A DNA stretch of 64,000 bases from Eledone cirrhosa (taxonomy: Eukaryota). The position numbers were made by a program, and so were the translations under genes. The stretch covers positions 194,618,001 to 194,682,000 of the forward strand of contig OZ024741.1 of assembly GCA_964016885.1 (NCBI GenBank), written 5' to 3'. Below, piece by piece: positions 51,085-64,000 of this stretch. The notes below the pieces were generated by a model that searched no databases, had not been told where the DNA came from, and saw nothing but the letters and a program-made list of their open reading frames with translations. Each line of letters starts with the position of its first letter. Positions within the stretch are counted from its first letter, which is position 1.

Positions 51085-53170
51085 AAAGGGTGAACAATCG
51101 AGCCAACACCAGAGCAAAAGACATGAACGTCGCGAGGAGTACTGGGCAACCTCTCTAATGATTTTTGAGGCAAGCCAGCACACTGGTAGCGTTACCTCGG
51201 GTGATGGCGAGGCTGATGCCCTGAAACAGCCAAGCGCCCTCACGAGATTCGTCAGTTACCTCTATTAGGCGAGCCGCCAGTGAAGAGATGAAACTCGCAG
51301 TCAGCGCCCCGACTCCCCCAAACGTCTTGAAAGCCACAGACTGAAAAATGTAGCTGGCCGATAGATCAGAGTATTTGAGGGTCTTACTCCGCTCGGCTGC
51401 GGAAGCTGGGGCGCTCGTGATAACCGCAGCATCCAGGATGTGGGAAAGCGCAAAAGAGTCACTAACAGTGACGTCCCAGAAAAGGCACCTGCCTCTCGAC
51501 CAGGGGCACAGGGTAAGGCCGTCAGGTCTTTTGCGGTCACTTCTGGACAACCCAGATGGTTCCAAGACTGAAGGGATATTCGCCCGCGCCAAAGCTCTCT
51601 TCAGAATGAGGTTTAGCTCCGTGTGACGCGCGAAGCGGCCGGCATTCAGGCGGAAAGAAAGACCGTGGAGGCTTGTGGAGTCGAGGAGTTTGCCGCATCG
51701 GCACCTCAAACCCATGCAGACGTCAGCTCCCACTCTGAGGGCGATGGAGACACGAAGTTCGTCCAGGCTGAGTAGGCCACCAACGTTAGCCACGGGTAGG
51801 GCATCAACCCAGTCGCCTGAATATTTGGCGCTGGCAGATAGTAAGCGGCACCTTGCAAACTGATCTGACTAGACGAAGAGGGAGTCAAAGGTGGCCTTCG
51901 AACTTATGCTGTCTCAAGTTCTCTGACTTCGACTGTCCTCCACCTTTTCAGGAACAGACAAGCCCAACTCACTCCATTTCTGGAGAGCTTCACCCAACTC
52001 ACTGTTGGAACTAGTCCATGTTGGAGTGGAGAGGATACTGCTAACCAGGGTGGAGCAAGCGTAGGTGGAGAAAAGGAAGGAGGAGAGAGAGAGGGACGAA
52101 CACTTACGAAGACCAAGACCCCGAAATCGCTTGGGTAACGCAGCCTTATCGCGGGACTCTGGAGAGAGTCTAACATTGACCAGGCACACGAGTCTCTCGA
52201 AGATTAGGTCGTCGAAGCGTTGGCGGCAGGACGGAAATCTGTGAGAGAGGCTGACCCTGAGCAGATACAGAAGCTTAGGAATAGAGAGGTTGTTCCTGAG
52301 TATGAAGAGACCTTGATGGGGTTCGATACCTTCGATATTCCTCAGCAGCTGCTCAAGGCCCACCATCTTCGATTGGAAGGTTGACTCGAAGGCCAGGCCT
52401 GTAATTGGGGCTTATAAGGAGCACCAAATCGATGGGGGAGGGACTGCAATGGAAGGGAAGGACTCTTTAAACAGGTCGATTAGCTGTTGGTGTTGAGAAG
52501 CCGGGTGGTTGAGGATCCAGAACTCACATTTGGAGCTATTGACCTGGAGACCCAGGCGGCCAAGCTCCTCAACCATCTTGTTGACAGTGGCGAGAACCAT
52601 ATCCGGAGTTCCCTCCAAACAGGCGTCGTCGAGGTACCAGGTATTGAGGTCCAACTCAACCCCCATATTGGTGACGTCATCAATGTCCAGTGCAAACAGA
52701 GCGTGCCCGAGTGGGTCACCCTGTTGGACTCCTGAGGCAGAGGTGATGATTTGGTCACCGAAAGAGAGGTAGGAGGGCTCCCGATAAGCCTGCCAAGCAA
52801 AGTGGTAGAGTTGTGGGACCCTCTCTTTTACTGAGCCGAGGACGATGTCGCGGCTGACGGAGTTAAATGCATACTTGAGGTCAAGTTTGAGGATGACCTT
52901 GGGGGGCGAGGAGTGCAAGTTGGTAAATGCTCTGGTAGCGTGGACAGCAGTCTCACATCCCAACTTGGTACCCACCCCCAGCTGGATGGGGGAAAATTCC
53001 TCCGCCAATGAGTCGGAGACCAACAGCAAACACGCCTTTGCAGTGAGGCGGCGAAGGGTGCAGCCAACCGCAATGGGGCGCAGGTCCCCGTTGGACTTGA
53101 TGAGACCAAATGCTTCGCTCCGAAGAACAGTGGGCTGATGAACGGGAGAACGTTCACTGAAGAGAACAGC
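51085..53170 (-). mobile_element. CRE-clade retrotransposon, 5'-truncated, best-preserved copy
   Basis: LRPIAVG, GVQQGDPLG, WYLDD, RHTELN..EPSGL..RPDGLT..PW..WDVTV motifs. Confidence 0.93.
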
Positions 53171-53423
53171 CCAGGTTTCCTTTTCCTTTGAGCACATAAT
53201 TTACAGGGACTAACGCAAGTATATTGACTCGGTTAATATTTGGATATTTTGCTCCTTATAACAGCCTTTCCTCTCTCTGTTTGGATGAGCATTTCTCTTT
53301 GAGTGGTTTCGGGCTGCTATTTCTAGCCGCTCGTCACTCAAGGGCCGCTGGTTCACTGTCCTTCACGCGCTATCACTTCTCCCTACCGCGTGGTGGAAGA
53401 CGGTTATTTTAAGTATTTTAGAG

Positions 53424-53492
53424 TTGATGAGCCATTGGTATTTCCATTTCAATCACAAATTTTTTGGCGAAACGAATCCCTTTGGATTTGTA
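53424..53492 (+). ncRNA. Hammerhead-ribozyme-like motif (C3U variant)
   Basis: TTGATGA-GCCA...TGGC-GAAA-CGAATCC-cttt-GGATTTG-TA; stems II and III pair; stem I not evident. Confidence 0.6.
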
Positions 53493-53746
53493 CGTGTGTA
53501 ATATATAGTTATAGAGGTGGGTATATTCATTTTGATTTATATTTTTAATTATTATGTGTCTACCTCACCTTCCGTAGTTTATAGATTCCATACACTGGTG
53601 GTTTCCTTGTTTATTAATCTCACACCCTCTCTCCCTCTAGTGTGTTATCCTGTCTACATATTGTATTTTGAAGAGCCCAGGATTCCTTTTCCTTTGAGCA
53701 CATCATTTACAGAGATTAACGCAAGTCTATTGACTCCGTTAATATT

Positions 53747-53858
<112 letters not shown>

Positions 53859-54143
53859 TTATTATACAAAGCATATAAGTAAATTTTCAGTAGAATAACA
53901 TAACAAATATGCTTTAAATATATACATAAATAACATTACAAATGCAAAGATAACATTATAAATTGTTTGCGATTCTTGATTCTTTCAGAAGGATATATTC
54001 TTTTAATGTTGCAATATTAAAGAAAATGAAAAGGAAGGGGTGAACAACCGAGCCAACACCAGAGCAACGTCGCGAGAAGTACCAGGCAATCACTCTAATG
54101 ACTTTTGAGGCAAGCCAGCACACTTGTAGCGTTGCCTCGGGTG

Positions 54144-55500
54144 TTGTATATATAGATAGGCAGAACAACTTTGATATCACAATGGGATCATCTGACCCAG
54201 CGCAAGTAACAGACCTCGTTGGAATATTTATTCTTAACGTATTACATAGAAAATTGCCGGAGATTGCCGGAGGTTTATATCGCGACGATGCTCTATTTAT
54301 AGTTGAAAAACATAGCAATAGTGAACTTAGTAGGAAAAAGAAATTTTTAATAGAATTTTAATAGAATTTTTTAATAATTATAACCTTAAATTAGAAATTG
54401 AAAATGATAATAAAATTGTTAATTTCTTAGATATTACTTTAAACTCAGGCCTATATTACCCTTTCCATAAGATTAAGGAAAACCTGAACTACGTAAGCTT
54501 CCATTCTAACCACCCTAGAAATGTCAAAAATGCTATTGTCAATAGCGTCCAGCAAAGAATATCACGCATTTCAGCTAATAAAAATATATTTGATAACAAA
54601 ACAGAATATTACAACGATGCTTTACACAGAGCTGGTTACATGAATAAAATTAAATACATAGATAAAAATAGTATACAAAAAAACCTCCTAAAATTTACTA
54701 TAATATTAATAATAAGCAAATTAACCTAAATAGTAAATCAAACAAAAAAGCTAGAACTACAACTATTATTTGATATTCTCCTCCAATCTCCTTAGGAATT
54801 AAGACACCTTTAGCACATCTATTTTTCAAGGCGTTAGATAAGTGTTTTCCTAAATCCCATAGATACCACTCTATTTTTAACAGGCATACAATCAAACTCT
54901 CTTACTCTATTACTATGAATATAGCACAAAATATTAATAGAATTAATAATAGAAATTTAAAATTAAACCCAACCCAAATAAACCCTAATAGCAATAATAA
55001 TATTACTAGTAACAGTACTTATAATAATCATACCGTTCCTCTAGACAACAAGTCTAGAAAATGTAACTGCAGAAACAAATTATGTTGCCCTCTACAGAAT
55101 AATTGTCTAGATAAAAACTTAGTATACAAATGCACGATAAAAACTAGAGATAAATTATATAACTATATAGGAGTCACTTATACAAAATTTAAGGAACGCT
55201 GGTATAATCATAAACACACTAGATCGGACAAAAAATTCTCAACATCACTTTCACATTTAATTTGGTCCTTAAAAGACAATAATATTGACTATTCGATCTC
55301 TTGGAGAACGATTTCAAAAGCACTCACATACCAGAATATGGGTATCTCGAGAATTTGTCATCTCTGTATTGAAGAAATTTTTCACATAATTACCAATCCT
55401 AAGAATGTTGTAAACAAAAGAAGGAATTATTTAATTCTTGTTTGCATCGACAGTCCAAGACTTTTAAAAGTATCTATAATCTATAGAAAATATTATATAT
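54144..55500 (+). mobile_element. Penelope-like element, 5'-truncated (RT C-terminal half and GIY-YIG endonuclease)
   Basis: FDITMGS, GLYRDD, CNCR..CPL..CL..NLVYKC..YIGVT..FKERWYNH and CHLC motifs. Confidence 0.93.
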
Positions 55501-56289
55501 AGCCTCTATATCTTGCCCATTTACAATTTATATGTCTTCGCTGTTTTTTTGTGATATTTTTAATAATTTTTTGAAGGTATTTTTGATGTTTGTTGAACTT
55601 TTTTCTAATAGGCTTTATAGGTCTTTTAAATGCATACATACAAATACTTAATATCATCAAATTTATACATATGTATAAGTAATGTTATCAAAATATATAC
55701 ATAAATTTTTTATCTTAGAACATATGTAATTTATGATGCTCTAAAATCATATATAAAATAATTTTTCCATATACTACAATTAGAATATAATTTGAAAGTA
55801 AATTTGAGACTAAACGATAAATATAACTATAACTTAACTCCGTAAACTAATAATAATTAGAGTTATCTTCGCCCAACATATCATAAATCTTCATATATAA
55901 AGCTATCTATATCTAACCAAAATTATTTATCTATTAAATAAATAATATATATACTCACCAAAACTATTTATATATATACACAACTAACCTCTTATCAAAA
56001 TCTATAAAGCTCAGTGCGTGGTCATGCTCCTTCGTTATAGAAATCTACGATATAGAATTTCTTCAATTGAAATTTACAATTCAGTATTCGAAATAGTTTC
56101 GATTGCGTCTTGACACAGATAATTTTTTCAATTTCACCCACAATTACGCAAAAAATAGATAAAACTCAATATTTTACGATTTTTTTCTCTCATTTAAACT
56201 GCTGAACTCTTTCTACTACCATTCAAAATCTATACAACTTCATACTTTCTGCTACTTTCTCTTTCCAAGCTTGATGGTGATACTGTCCG

Positions 56290-56620
56290 TTCACACCACT
56301 CCCTACTGTCTTAAATTTAGAAAACACATATCCTCTATGAGGTTACTAAACCTGCTAGAAACAGCAGCTAACTCTCCCCCATATCACACCCCTCCCCACA
56401 CCACTCCCTACTGTCTTAAATTTAGAAAACACATATCCTCTATGAGGTTACTAAACCTGCTAGAAACAGCAGCTAACTCTCCCCCATATCACACCACTCC
56501 CTACTGTCTTAAATTAAGAAAACACATATCCTCTATGAGGTCACTAAACCTGATAGAAACAACAGCTAACTCTTCCTCATATCACAACCCTCCCTACTGT
56601 CTTAAATTTAGAAAACACAG
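56290..56620. repeat. ~95-105-bp tandem repeat, 3.5 copies
   Basis: CTCCCTACTGTCTTAAATTTAGAAAACACA recurs four times. Confidence 0.9.
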
Positions 56621-57109
56621 ACAACCATGCAGAACAACTCCATCGCAGCTCTGTTGTTCGGCTGGCATCGTCTACGCGCGTGTTGCGCAAGTACTGTGAA
56701 ACAATAAATTTCAACACTTTTTTGCGCAGAGATAATATCCATAGGCGAAACTACAATTGTCACTGCTGGCGCAGCTCATGCTTCCAGGTCTGCAATTCAT
56801 TCACCCAGTGCCTGGCAGACAAAAGAGTGCTGCCATAAAATGGGTGGTGCAACCTAACTTTGGTAACTTAATGACCCCGAGCAACGCCTGGCTTTATGCT
56901 AGTAATATAATAAAATATACTTACAACTACAATCTTCATTGTTCGTTTTGGTGTAGCAGATGTTGTAGTAGTAATGTTGTTGGCTTGAAGGGTGATTTTG
57001 TGAATTGTTCTCTCTCATATAGGGGCTGTGCGAATGTTTGTGACTTATGGTAAATGAATTGAGTGTGTGTGTCTCAGTGAGTCGAGATATGTGGCTGTAC
57101 CCGTTGCTA

Positions 57110-60100
57110 CAGTCGGTACCTGAAGACAATCAAATGTCACCTGTATTGCCAAAGCTACAGCAGGAGCTGCATTGGCATCACCAAGGCTCAAATCGAAAGT
57201 CTTCAGCACTGGACTTGTAACCAGTGCCACTTTAGCGCTGACGTACTGAGTAGGAATGTCTCGCGCTTCGACGACCAGCTCTCTACCAAGGACTTTGCTG
57301 CAGCCCTCCCGGGTTTATCCAAATCGAAGCTCATCAACCTGATCCCTAAGGAGGCTCGGAATAGCTTTGCACGCGTCCTCTCCAATCTATTGAAAAGCAT
57401 TTGTTTATCCAACAATACGTCTGGCTGGCAGAAACTGTTTTTGTTCCCTCTCATCTCTCTCCACGTGCACAATGCAAAATCTAGTTCCCTCACATCCTCT
57501 CAGGCGACAGTTCCAGCTGTTTGAGTCCACCCCAACCACTTCTCACCTTAACTTGGAATCGAGCTCAGTTTCTATCAACAAGCAACCGATAAACCTAAAA
57601 CATACTGTTAATTTGACATTAAAGCGAATTTTACATTAAAGGAGCTGTCTGTCTCCTTTCTTCTCTGCCCTCCCTCGCTCCGTGTAACTCTGATTCTCTC
57701 GAGCGACTGAAAGAGAAGCACTCATCGGCCTCTCCGTATGGCCAGTTACACTGGCCCGAACCACCAGAATACTCGAGACCGGTCTACACCACTGATAACA
57801 CCAGAATTGTGATAACGACAATGTTTATTTTATAATAACAAAATTCACTTATTGGTACATTGAATATCGAGTAACAAAATCGTGACAGCAATTATCACTA
57901 CATTATTTGCTGACTAGCTACTTCGAGCTAGCGTGTATGCATGTAATAACGGAATACTCCTATGTTTTACCGGCGAAGATTTTACTGAGGTTTCTCGCCT
58001 CTGCGACATCCCATTATTGGAAAGTTCCCACCATTGTCCTGTCAAGTCAACGATGATAAACGTACATACCACTTGACCTCTGATCACAGCTTCCTAGGAA
58101 ATGATATCCATATGGCTGCTCATAAATCAACCTTATATACACATCCTTCTAACTATAGCACTATTATAAATATAAGGAGTTAAGGAATCTATCGACCAGA
58201 GAGACCGAAGTAAGCAGTCCATGTTAATGTTCACGATGTAGCAGACCTTTCACTCTATCTCTCTCCTGGGCTCACTGGTTATCACCTTCTCGGCGACAGA
58301 CACAGCCATACATGAAGCAGCAGTCCTCAAGAAGAAGAATGTATTCTAAGAATAGGCACACATACACACACACACACATAGTAAGTTCATATTGTTCACA
58401 TTCTACGCTCATTCTATTCTTCCGTATCACTGTGATATTGTAACGTCGTATTAATACATACATTCACGCTAGCTCGTAGCAGCTAGCCAGTAATAAATGT
58501 AGGGATAATTCATGTCATAAATATTATTACTCGATGTTCAAAGTGAATATTGTTGTTATAAAACAAATGTTGTTAACAACACAATCATGGCATTATTCTT
58601 TTCATCAAACACCCATCAAAGAATATCAATTATCCGCTACACATGTATCAATAAAACGATACAATAGAAGTAAAATAACAGGAAGCCGAAAGATTAGGGA
58701 AACACACAAGTAAACCTACTGCGCGCGTGTATGTGTCTATTCTTAGCATACGTAGTTGGTCAATCTGCCGAGTTGGTATGAAATGTGAGAGACTGTAAGG
58801 CCAGGAGAGAGAAAGAGTAAACGGTCTGTAGATAGTAAATGGGCTACATCGTAATCTCTCACAGACTGCTGCTTCGTAGTCTCCTCGCTGGATTCCCTAA
58901 GTACTTGTATTTATAATTGTGCTATAGTTAGAAGGATGTGTATATGGGTTGATTTAGGAGTAGCCATGTGTGTTTCATGTCAAGAACCTGGGGTCACAGG
59001 TCAAGTGGTATATACATTTATCATAGTTGTCTCTTGACAGGACAATGGTGAGAACTCCCAACTATAGGTGGTTTTAGAGGCGGGTACCCTCAGATTCGGT
59101 TTCGAATCTTCGCCAGGTAAAACATTTGAGTATTCCGTTACACATCCTTCCACGCTGGGGGAATTGACGGTCTACGACCTCAGCACCCCAGGGATGGTAT
59201 CTCCTTATCGGCCGGCGATGCCGGATTCAAGCTCTTGGAGAGTCTGACTCAGTTTGTGAACCAGTTCTCTTCAGAGAACTTCTCCCCTATATCCGTCCAG
59301 ACCTGCGCTCTGAGGCGTAACTAGGGTATGGCAAGCATGGCACGTGCCATGAGCCCCACATAAAAGGGAGCACGTTCTATTAAAGTCAAATAAGCCTTGT
59401 CGGAGAGTGAAAAAAGAAACTCCTTCAGATATATGATCTGTCTCTGATTATCATGAGTGAGAACACTGTGGTGGCTGGATCATTAAACAGTTATATAAAT
59501 ACAGAGCTGGGCAGGGTTGCAATTTCACTGCTTGTCATAGGCGCTATTTTCCTTTGTTCCCTGGGCCCCATTGGGGTTGGTTGCTCTCTTCGTCGTCTTA
59601 CTGCAAAATTGTGTTTATCGGTCTATGACTCACTGTCGAAAGAATTTTCCCCCATCCAGTTTGGGGTGGGTACCAAGCTGAGACGTGGGGCTGCTGCCCA
59701 ATACGCTACAAGAACCATTACCAACTTGCCCTCCATATCCCCCAGGGCCATCCTCAAACTTGACCTCAAGAATGCCTTCAACTCTGTCAGCTGCAATGTT
59801 GTCGCAGCTTAGTAAGAGAGAGAGGGTCCCATAACTCTACCACTTTGCTTGGTAGGCTTATCAGGGGCCCTCCAACCTCTCTTTTGGTGTTCAACTCATC
59901 TTTTCTTCCTCAGGAGTTCAACAAGGTGATCCGTTCGGGTCCGCTCTGTTTGCACTGGGCACTGATAACATCACCAAGATGGGGGTTGAGCTGGATCTAA
60001 ACATTTGGTATCTTGATGACGCTTGTTTGGGGGTTCCTATGGATAGGGTTCTCACGACTGTAAAATAAAATGGTTGAGGAGCTTGATCATCGGGGTTTCC

Positions 60101-61590
60101 TGATCAATAGCTCCAAATGTAAGCTCTGGATTTTCAACCACACAGCTTCTCAACACCAGTAGACAATAGACCTGTTTGCAGAGTCCTCCCTTTACATTGC
60201 CGTCCCATATCCGTCTACATGATGCTCCTTATGAGCCCCAATTACAGACCTTGCTTTTGAGTCAATTTTCCAATCTAAGATGGTTAGCCTTGAGCAATTA
60301 TTGAAGAACATTAAGGCAGTCGAACCCCATCAAGCTTTTTTTATATTTAGGAATTACCTATAGATTCCTTAGCTTCTATATATTTTCAAGGTTAGCCCAT
60401 CTCACAGATTTTCGTCATATGTCCAACGCTTTGACGAACTAATCTTCGAGAGACTCTAGTGCTTGGTCGATGTCAGACTCTCTCCAGAGTCCCGTGATCA
60501 GGCTGCGTTTCCCAAGCGAATTGGAGGCCTTGATCTACGTAAATGCTCGTCCCTCTCTCTCTCTCCATTGCTTCTTTTCCTCCATCCATGCTTGCTCCAC
60601 TTTGGTGAACAACTTCCTCTCCTTTCCAACATGGACTAGTTCCAACAGGGAGTTTGATGAAGCTCTTTTACGGCGGAGAGAGTTGGGTTTGTCTGTTCCT
60701 GAGAAGGTAGAGGACAAATGGAGATAGAGAGCTTGGGACAACATACATTTGAAGGCCATCTTTGATTCTCTCTTCGACCAGTCAGATCAGTTCTCAAGGT
60801 GCCGCTTACTGTCTGCTAGCATCAAATCCTCAGATGACTGGGTTGATGCCCCACCTGTGGCTAACATTAGTGGCCTACTCAGCTTGGAAGAGCTTCGTGT
60901 TTCCAATATCCTCAGAGTGGGAGCCGATGTCTATACGGGTCTGACATGTTGGTGTGGTAGGCTCCTCGACCCCACAGGCTTTCACGGTCTTTCTTGCCGC
61001 CTGAATGCCGGTCGCTTCGCGCGGCACACTGAAATAAACCTTATCATCAAGAGAGCTTTGACCCGGGAAAACATCTCCCCAATTTTGGAACCGTCTGGGT
61101 TATCCAGAATTGATGGGAAAAGGCCTGACGGTCTTACCCAGTGCCCCTGGATAAGAGGCATGTGTCTTATCTGGGATGTCACAGTTAGTGACTCTTTTGC
61201 TTCTCCCCACATTCTGGATGCTACAGTTAGGGGCGAGAGCTACAGCTTCCGTAGCCGAACGGAACAAAATCACGAAATACCGTGATTTGTCGGTTAACTA
61301 AATTTTCCAGCCTGTGGCGTTCGAGACGTTTGGAAAAGTTGGGCCGCTAACTGCGGAGTTCTTGTCTTCACTGGTGGCTCGCCTAACCGAGGTAACAGGT
61401 GAAGTTCGTGAGGACACTTGGTTGTTCCAGCGCACTAGACTCGCCATCGCCCGAGGTAACGCCGCGAGCGTGCAGTCTTGCCTTAAAACTTGTTAGAGAG
61501 GTTTCCCAGTGCCCCTCGCGACATCGTTATCTTTTGTTCTGGAAGTGGTTCGTTTGTCCACCCCTTTCGCCTGTCTTTTGTTGTATGTGT
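57110..61590 (+). mobile_element. Third CRE-clade copy, interrupted by insertions at about 57796-59141 and 59310-59565
   Basis: Colinear with 31380-34160, including the PHD-like finger, RT and RLE (RHTEIN..GKRPDGLT..WDVTV). Confidence 0.9.
59310..59565. mobile_element. hAT-like MITE inserted in CRE
   Basis: GGCGTAACTAGGG..TATGGCAAGCA at the left with degenerate inverted TGCTTGTCATA..TTCCTTTGTT at the right. Confidence 0.5.
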
Positions 61591-61677
61591 TCCTCGGTGT
61601 GTGTATTGCCTTCTGGTGTGTGTGTTTTTTCTTTTTTTCTTTCCATTTTCTTTTTTCTCTTTTTCTTTGTAATATGA

Positions 61678-61935
61678 TGTTGACGGTTAAGTTGACCGTT
61701 AAGTTGACGATTAAGTTGACGGTTAAGTTGAGGGTTATGTTGACTGTTAAGTTGACGATTAAGTTGACGATTAAGTTGACGGTTATGTTGACTGTTAAGT
61801 TGAGGGTTATGTTGACTGTTAAGTTGACGATTAAGTTGACTGTTAAGTTGACGGTTATGTTGACTGTTAAGTTGACGGTTATGTTGACTGTTAAGTTGAG
61901 GGTTATGTTGACTGTTAAGTTGACGGTTATGTTCA
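61678..61935. repeat. 12-bp tandem repeat
   Basis: GTTGACGGTTAA-like units, about 21 copies. Confidence 0.95.
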
Positions 61936-62300
61936 AAGTAAAGCTGCTAGTATCAATATCCGATGAACAATAACAAAATATCGCTGTTATATACAAAAGT
62001 TAAGAAAAAGAACCAAATGAATTGTGAGTTACGTTTGTGTAAATGCTGTAGCAGTCTGGCAAGATGCATTGAACTAACCTTTATCGAGGTGTCAACCGTG
62101 TCAACAGGGTTGGAGTTTTGTTTGTTTGTTTGTTTTGTTTTTGTTTTGCTAAGCGTTACATCTCTCTACTTGTTAGAACAACTCCGTGTGATGTCTGTCT
62201 CTTCTGAGAAACGAGATCCGAATTGAGTGAAGAAAGTCTTATCTTTGATAAATTGTAAATATATCCTGGTAACCAATATTTTTAGACCAAGTCTGCCAAT

Positions 62301-62387
<87 letters not shown>

Positions 62388-62413
62388 CACACATATATTA
62401 AGCTAACAGAAGT

Positions 62414-62478
62414 CTGATGAGGTTTTGAGTCATGAGTCGGGTCTCTTCGATAGAAATCGAAACTTGAGCTGATCAATC
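62414..62478 (+). ncRNA. Hammerhead-ribozyme-like motif, truncated at stem III
   Basis: CTGATGA-GGTTTT...GAAATC-GAAAC-TTGA-gctga-TCAA, then Gypsy sequence. Confidence 0.5.
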
Positions 62479-62479
62479 G

Positions 62480-64000
62480 CGAAACGTGCGTCACACATGG
62501 TGGAAGGGGTGGGTGGGGAGCTGTCAGGAGCCTTTGTGGGTTCAGGCTGCACAACGACATTAGTGACCCCGGAGGTGGTTAAAAAGTGGAGCAGGATGAG
62601 TAATGTAAGGACAGTCGACGGTAGGGAGATTAGATGCAGAGGAAGCAGTGAGGTGGAGATGGTGGTACGAGGAATGAAAATAAGCCTGCGGACAATCGTG
62701 ATCGACCACGTGGTGGATCGAATAGGAGTGGTAATGGGCATGGATGCGATTGGTTGCTTAGGAAGCGTTACAGTGAGTGGGGACGGGGTAACCTTTGGTT
62801 GTGCGGGAACACCATGCGCCGCGAGTGTGCAACAGGGGAACATGGAGATCCATGAAGAAAAAGGTGCTGTTCAAGAGAAGGATTTCAGAGGTATTCAACG
62901 GTCAGTGGTGGATAGTTGAGTGGTACTGGAAAGGAGAGCCCCGACGTTGAAGAACTGAGTGAGCTGCTATCAGCATATCCTGAAAGGGGATGCAAGAAGC
63001 GAGTTTGAGAGAAATGCAAAGATGGATCGAGGAGGGCATATTAATCCCTTGGAAGGAGAAGATAAAGACGGGAGTGTTACCTGTTGTATTATTTTGTACC
63101 AAATCAAAGGTTTTTATTCAATCTAAGAATAATATAGAAAGAGTCAATAAGAGAAGAAATTAGTATGGGCCAACAATACAACAAACAAGAACAGAACGAA
63201 TACAACGAATAAGAATAAAAAGGAATCAAATCAAAGAGAAGAATGTGATGCTATAAAACAAATCATATCATCACATGACCGTTAATGGCAGTAGTGCAAC
63301 CAACGCAGAACAAAACCGGGCCGGTGCTGGACCTTCGTAAACTGAATAAACAGATGTCACGCCACACAGGCGGTGAGGTCACAGATGTCTGTGGGGAAAA
63401 CATGCGAGAGTGGAGATAAATGACGGAGCCTCCATGATTGTCGACTTAAAGTTGGCAAATCTGGAGAAACTATGGAAGTATCAGCTGGTCAGGTATAAGG
63501 GCAGATATAGAGCCTGACTGGGATGGGTTTCGGGGTGAATTCTGCACCAAAGATCATGGCAGCGGTTCTCGAGGCCATTCTGGGGAAGGTGGACAACGTG
63601 AGGGGGCTACCAATTCCTACATCGACGATATCGAGGTAGAAGAGACCATGGTGCCGACAGCAGATGTCTCAAGCCACCTAGGAAGGTTCAGGTTAATCGC
63701 GAAACCGCCAGAAGCGATGCGAGGAGGAGCCGCAGTCAAGCAAGAAGAGATAAGACGGTAGTATTTCGAAGGCGAAATGAAGGCCCAGAACTAGGAACCG
63801 GCATGGACAGACGAGAATTTTCTCAATGTGTGGGAAATTGGTAGGCCACTATCCAATCGCGGGGTGGCTCCGAACAGCATGCAGCTATATGATGAAACGA
63901 GCGGACGTGGTGAGCTGGGGAGGCAGAGTGGGAGAGAGAAGGGTGGCCATGATGCAGGAGATCGTGGAGAAGGTAAAGGTGGATGACACAGTAAGAAGAA
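62480..64000 (+). mobile_element. Gypsy-like pol remnant (protease, RT), same family as 2171-6770
   Basis: GCTTTLV..VVMGMDAI (aspartic protease), YWKGEPP, PVLDLRKLN and SYIDDI motifs. Confidence 0.9.
63082..63275. mobile_element. Short solo LTR (194 bp) inserted in Gypsy RT
   Basis: TGTTG...TCACA termini; flanks TTACC/TGACC; removal restores GVLPLMAVVQ. Confidence 0.75.

Noticed and set aside
61493-61996. LTVN/KLTV repeat ORFs
   Set aside because: Artefact of the 12-bp tandem repeat.

Overview
AT-rich, repeat-dense animal genomic DNA. The tRNA-SINE, RTE and microsatellite landscape resembles octopus/cephalopod genomes, but that is an impression only. I reconstructed two spliced genes by hand with consistent GT-AG phases. 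The first is a two-exon TEX55-like RIIa/Dpy-30-type docking-domain gene (+, 7217-8472) with an X-box-like motif just upstream. The second is a convergent eight-exon, 344-aa LRR protein gene (-, 35538-14953) with a BC-box-like motif and a Cys-rich tail (LRRC58/28/69-like). Three further minus-strand exons (47358-47061, 42155-42091, 37235-37188) form a 135-139-aa single-TM ORF that would stop inside the LRR first exon, suggesting a bicistronic or long-uORF transcript. The rest is nested, mostly decayed TEs: RTE, CRE, CR1/L2, Gypsy, Penelope, mariner, MITEs, SINEs, solo LTRs and minisatellites. Several hammerhead-ribozyme-like motifs occur, one of them converted into a 57-bp fold-back hairpin.
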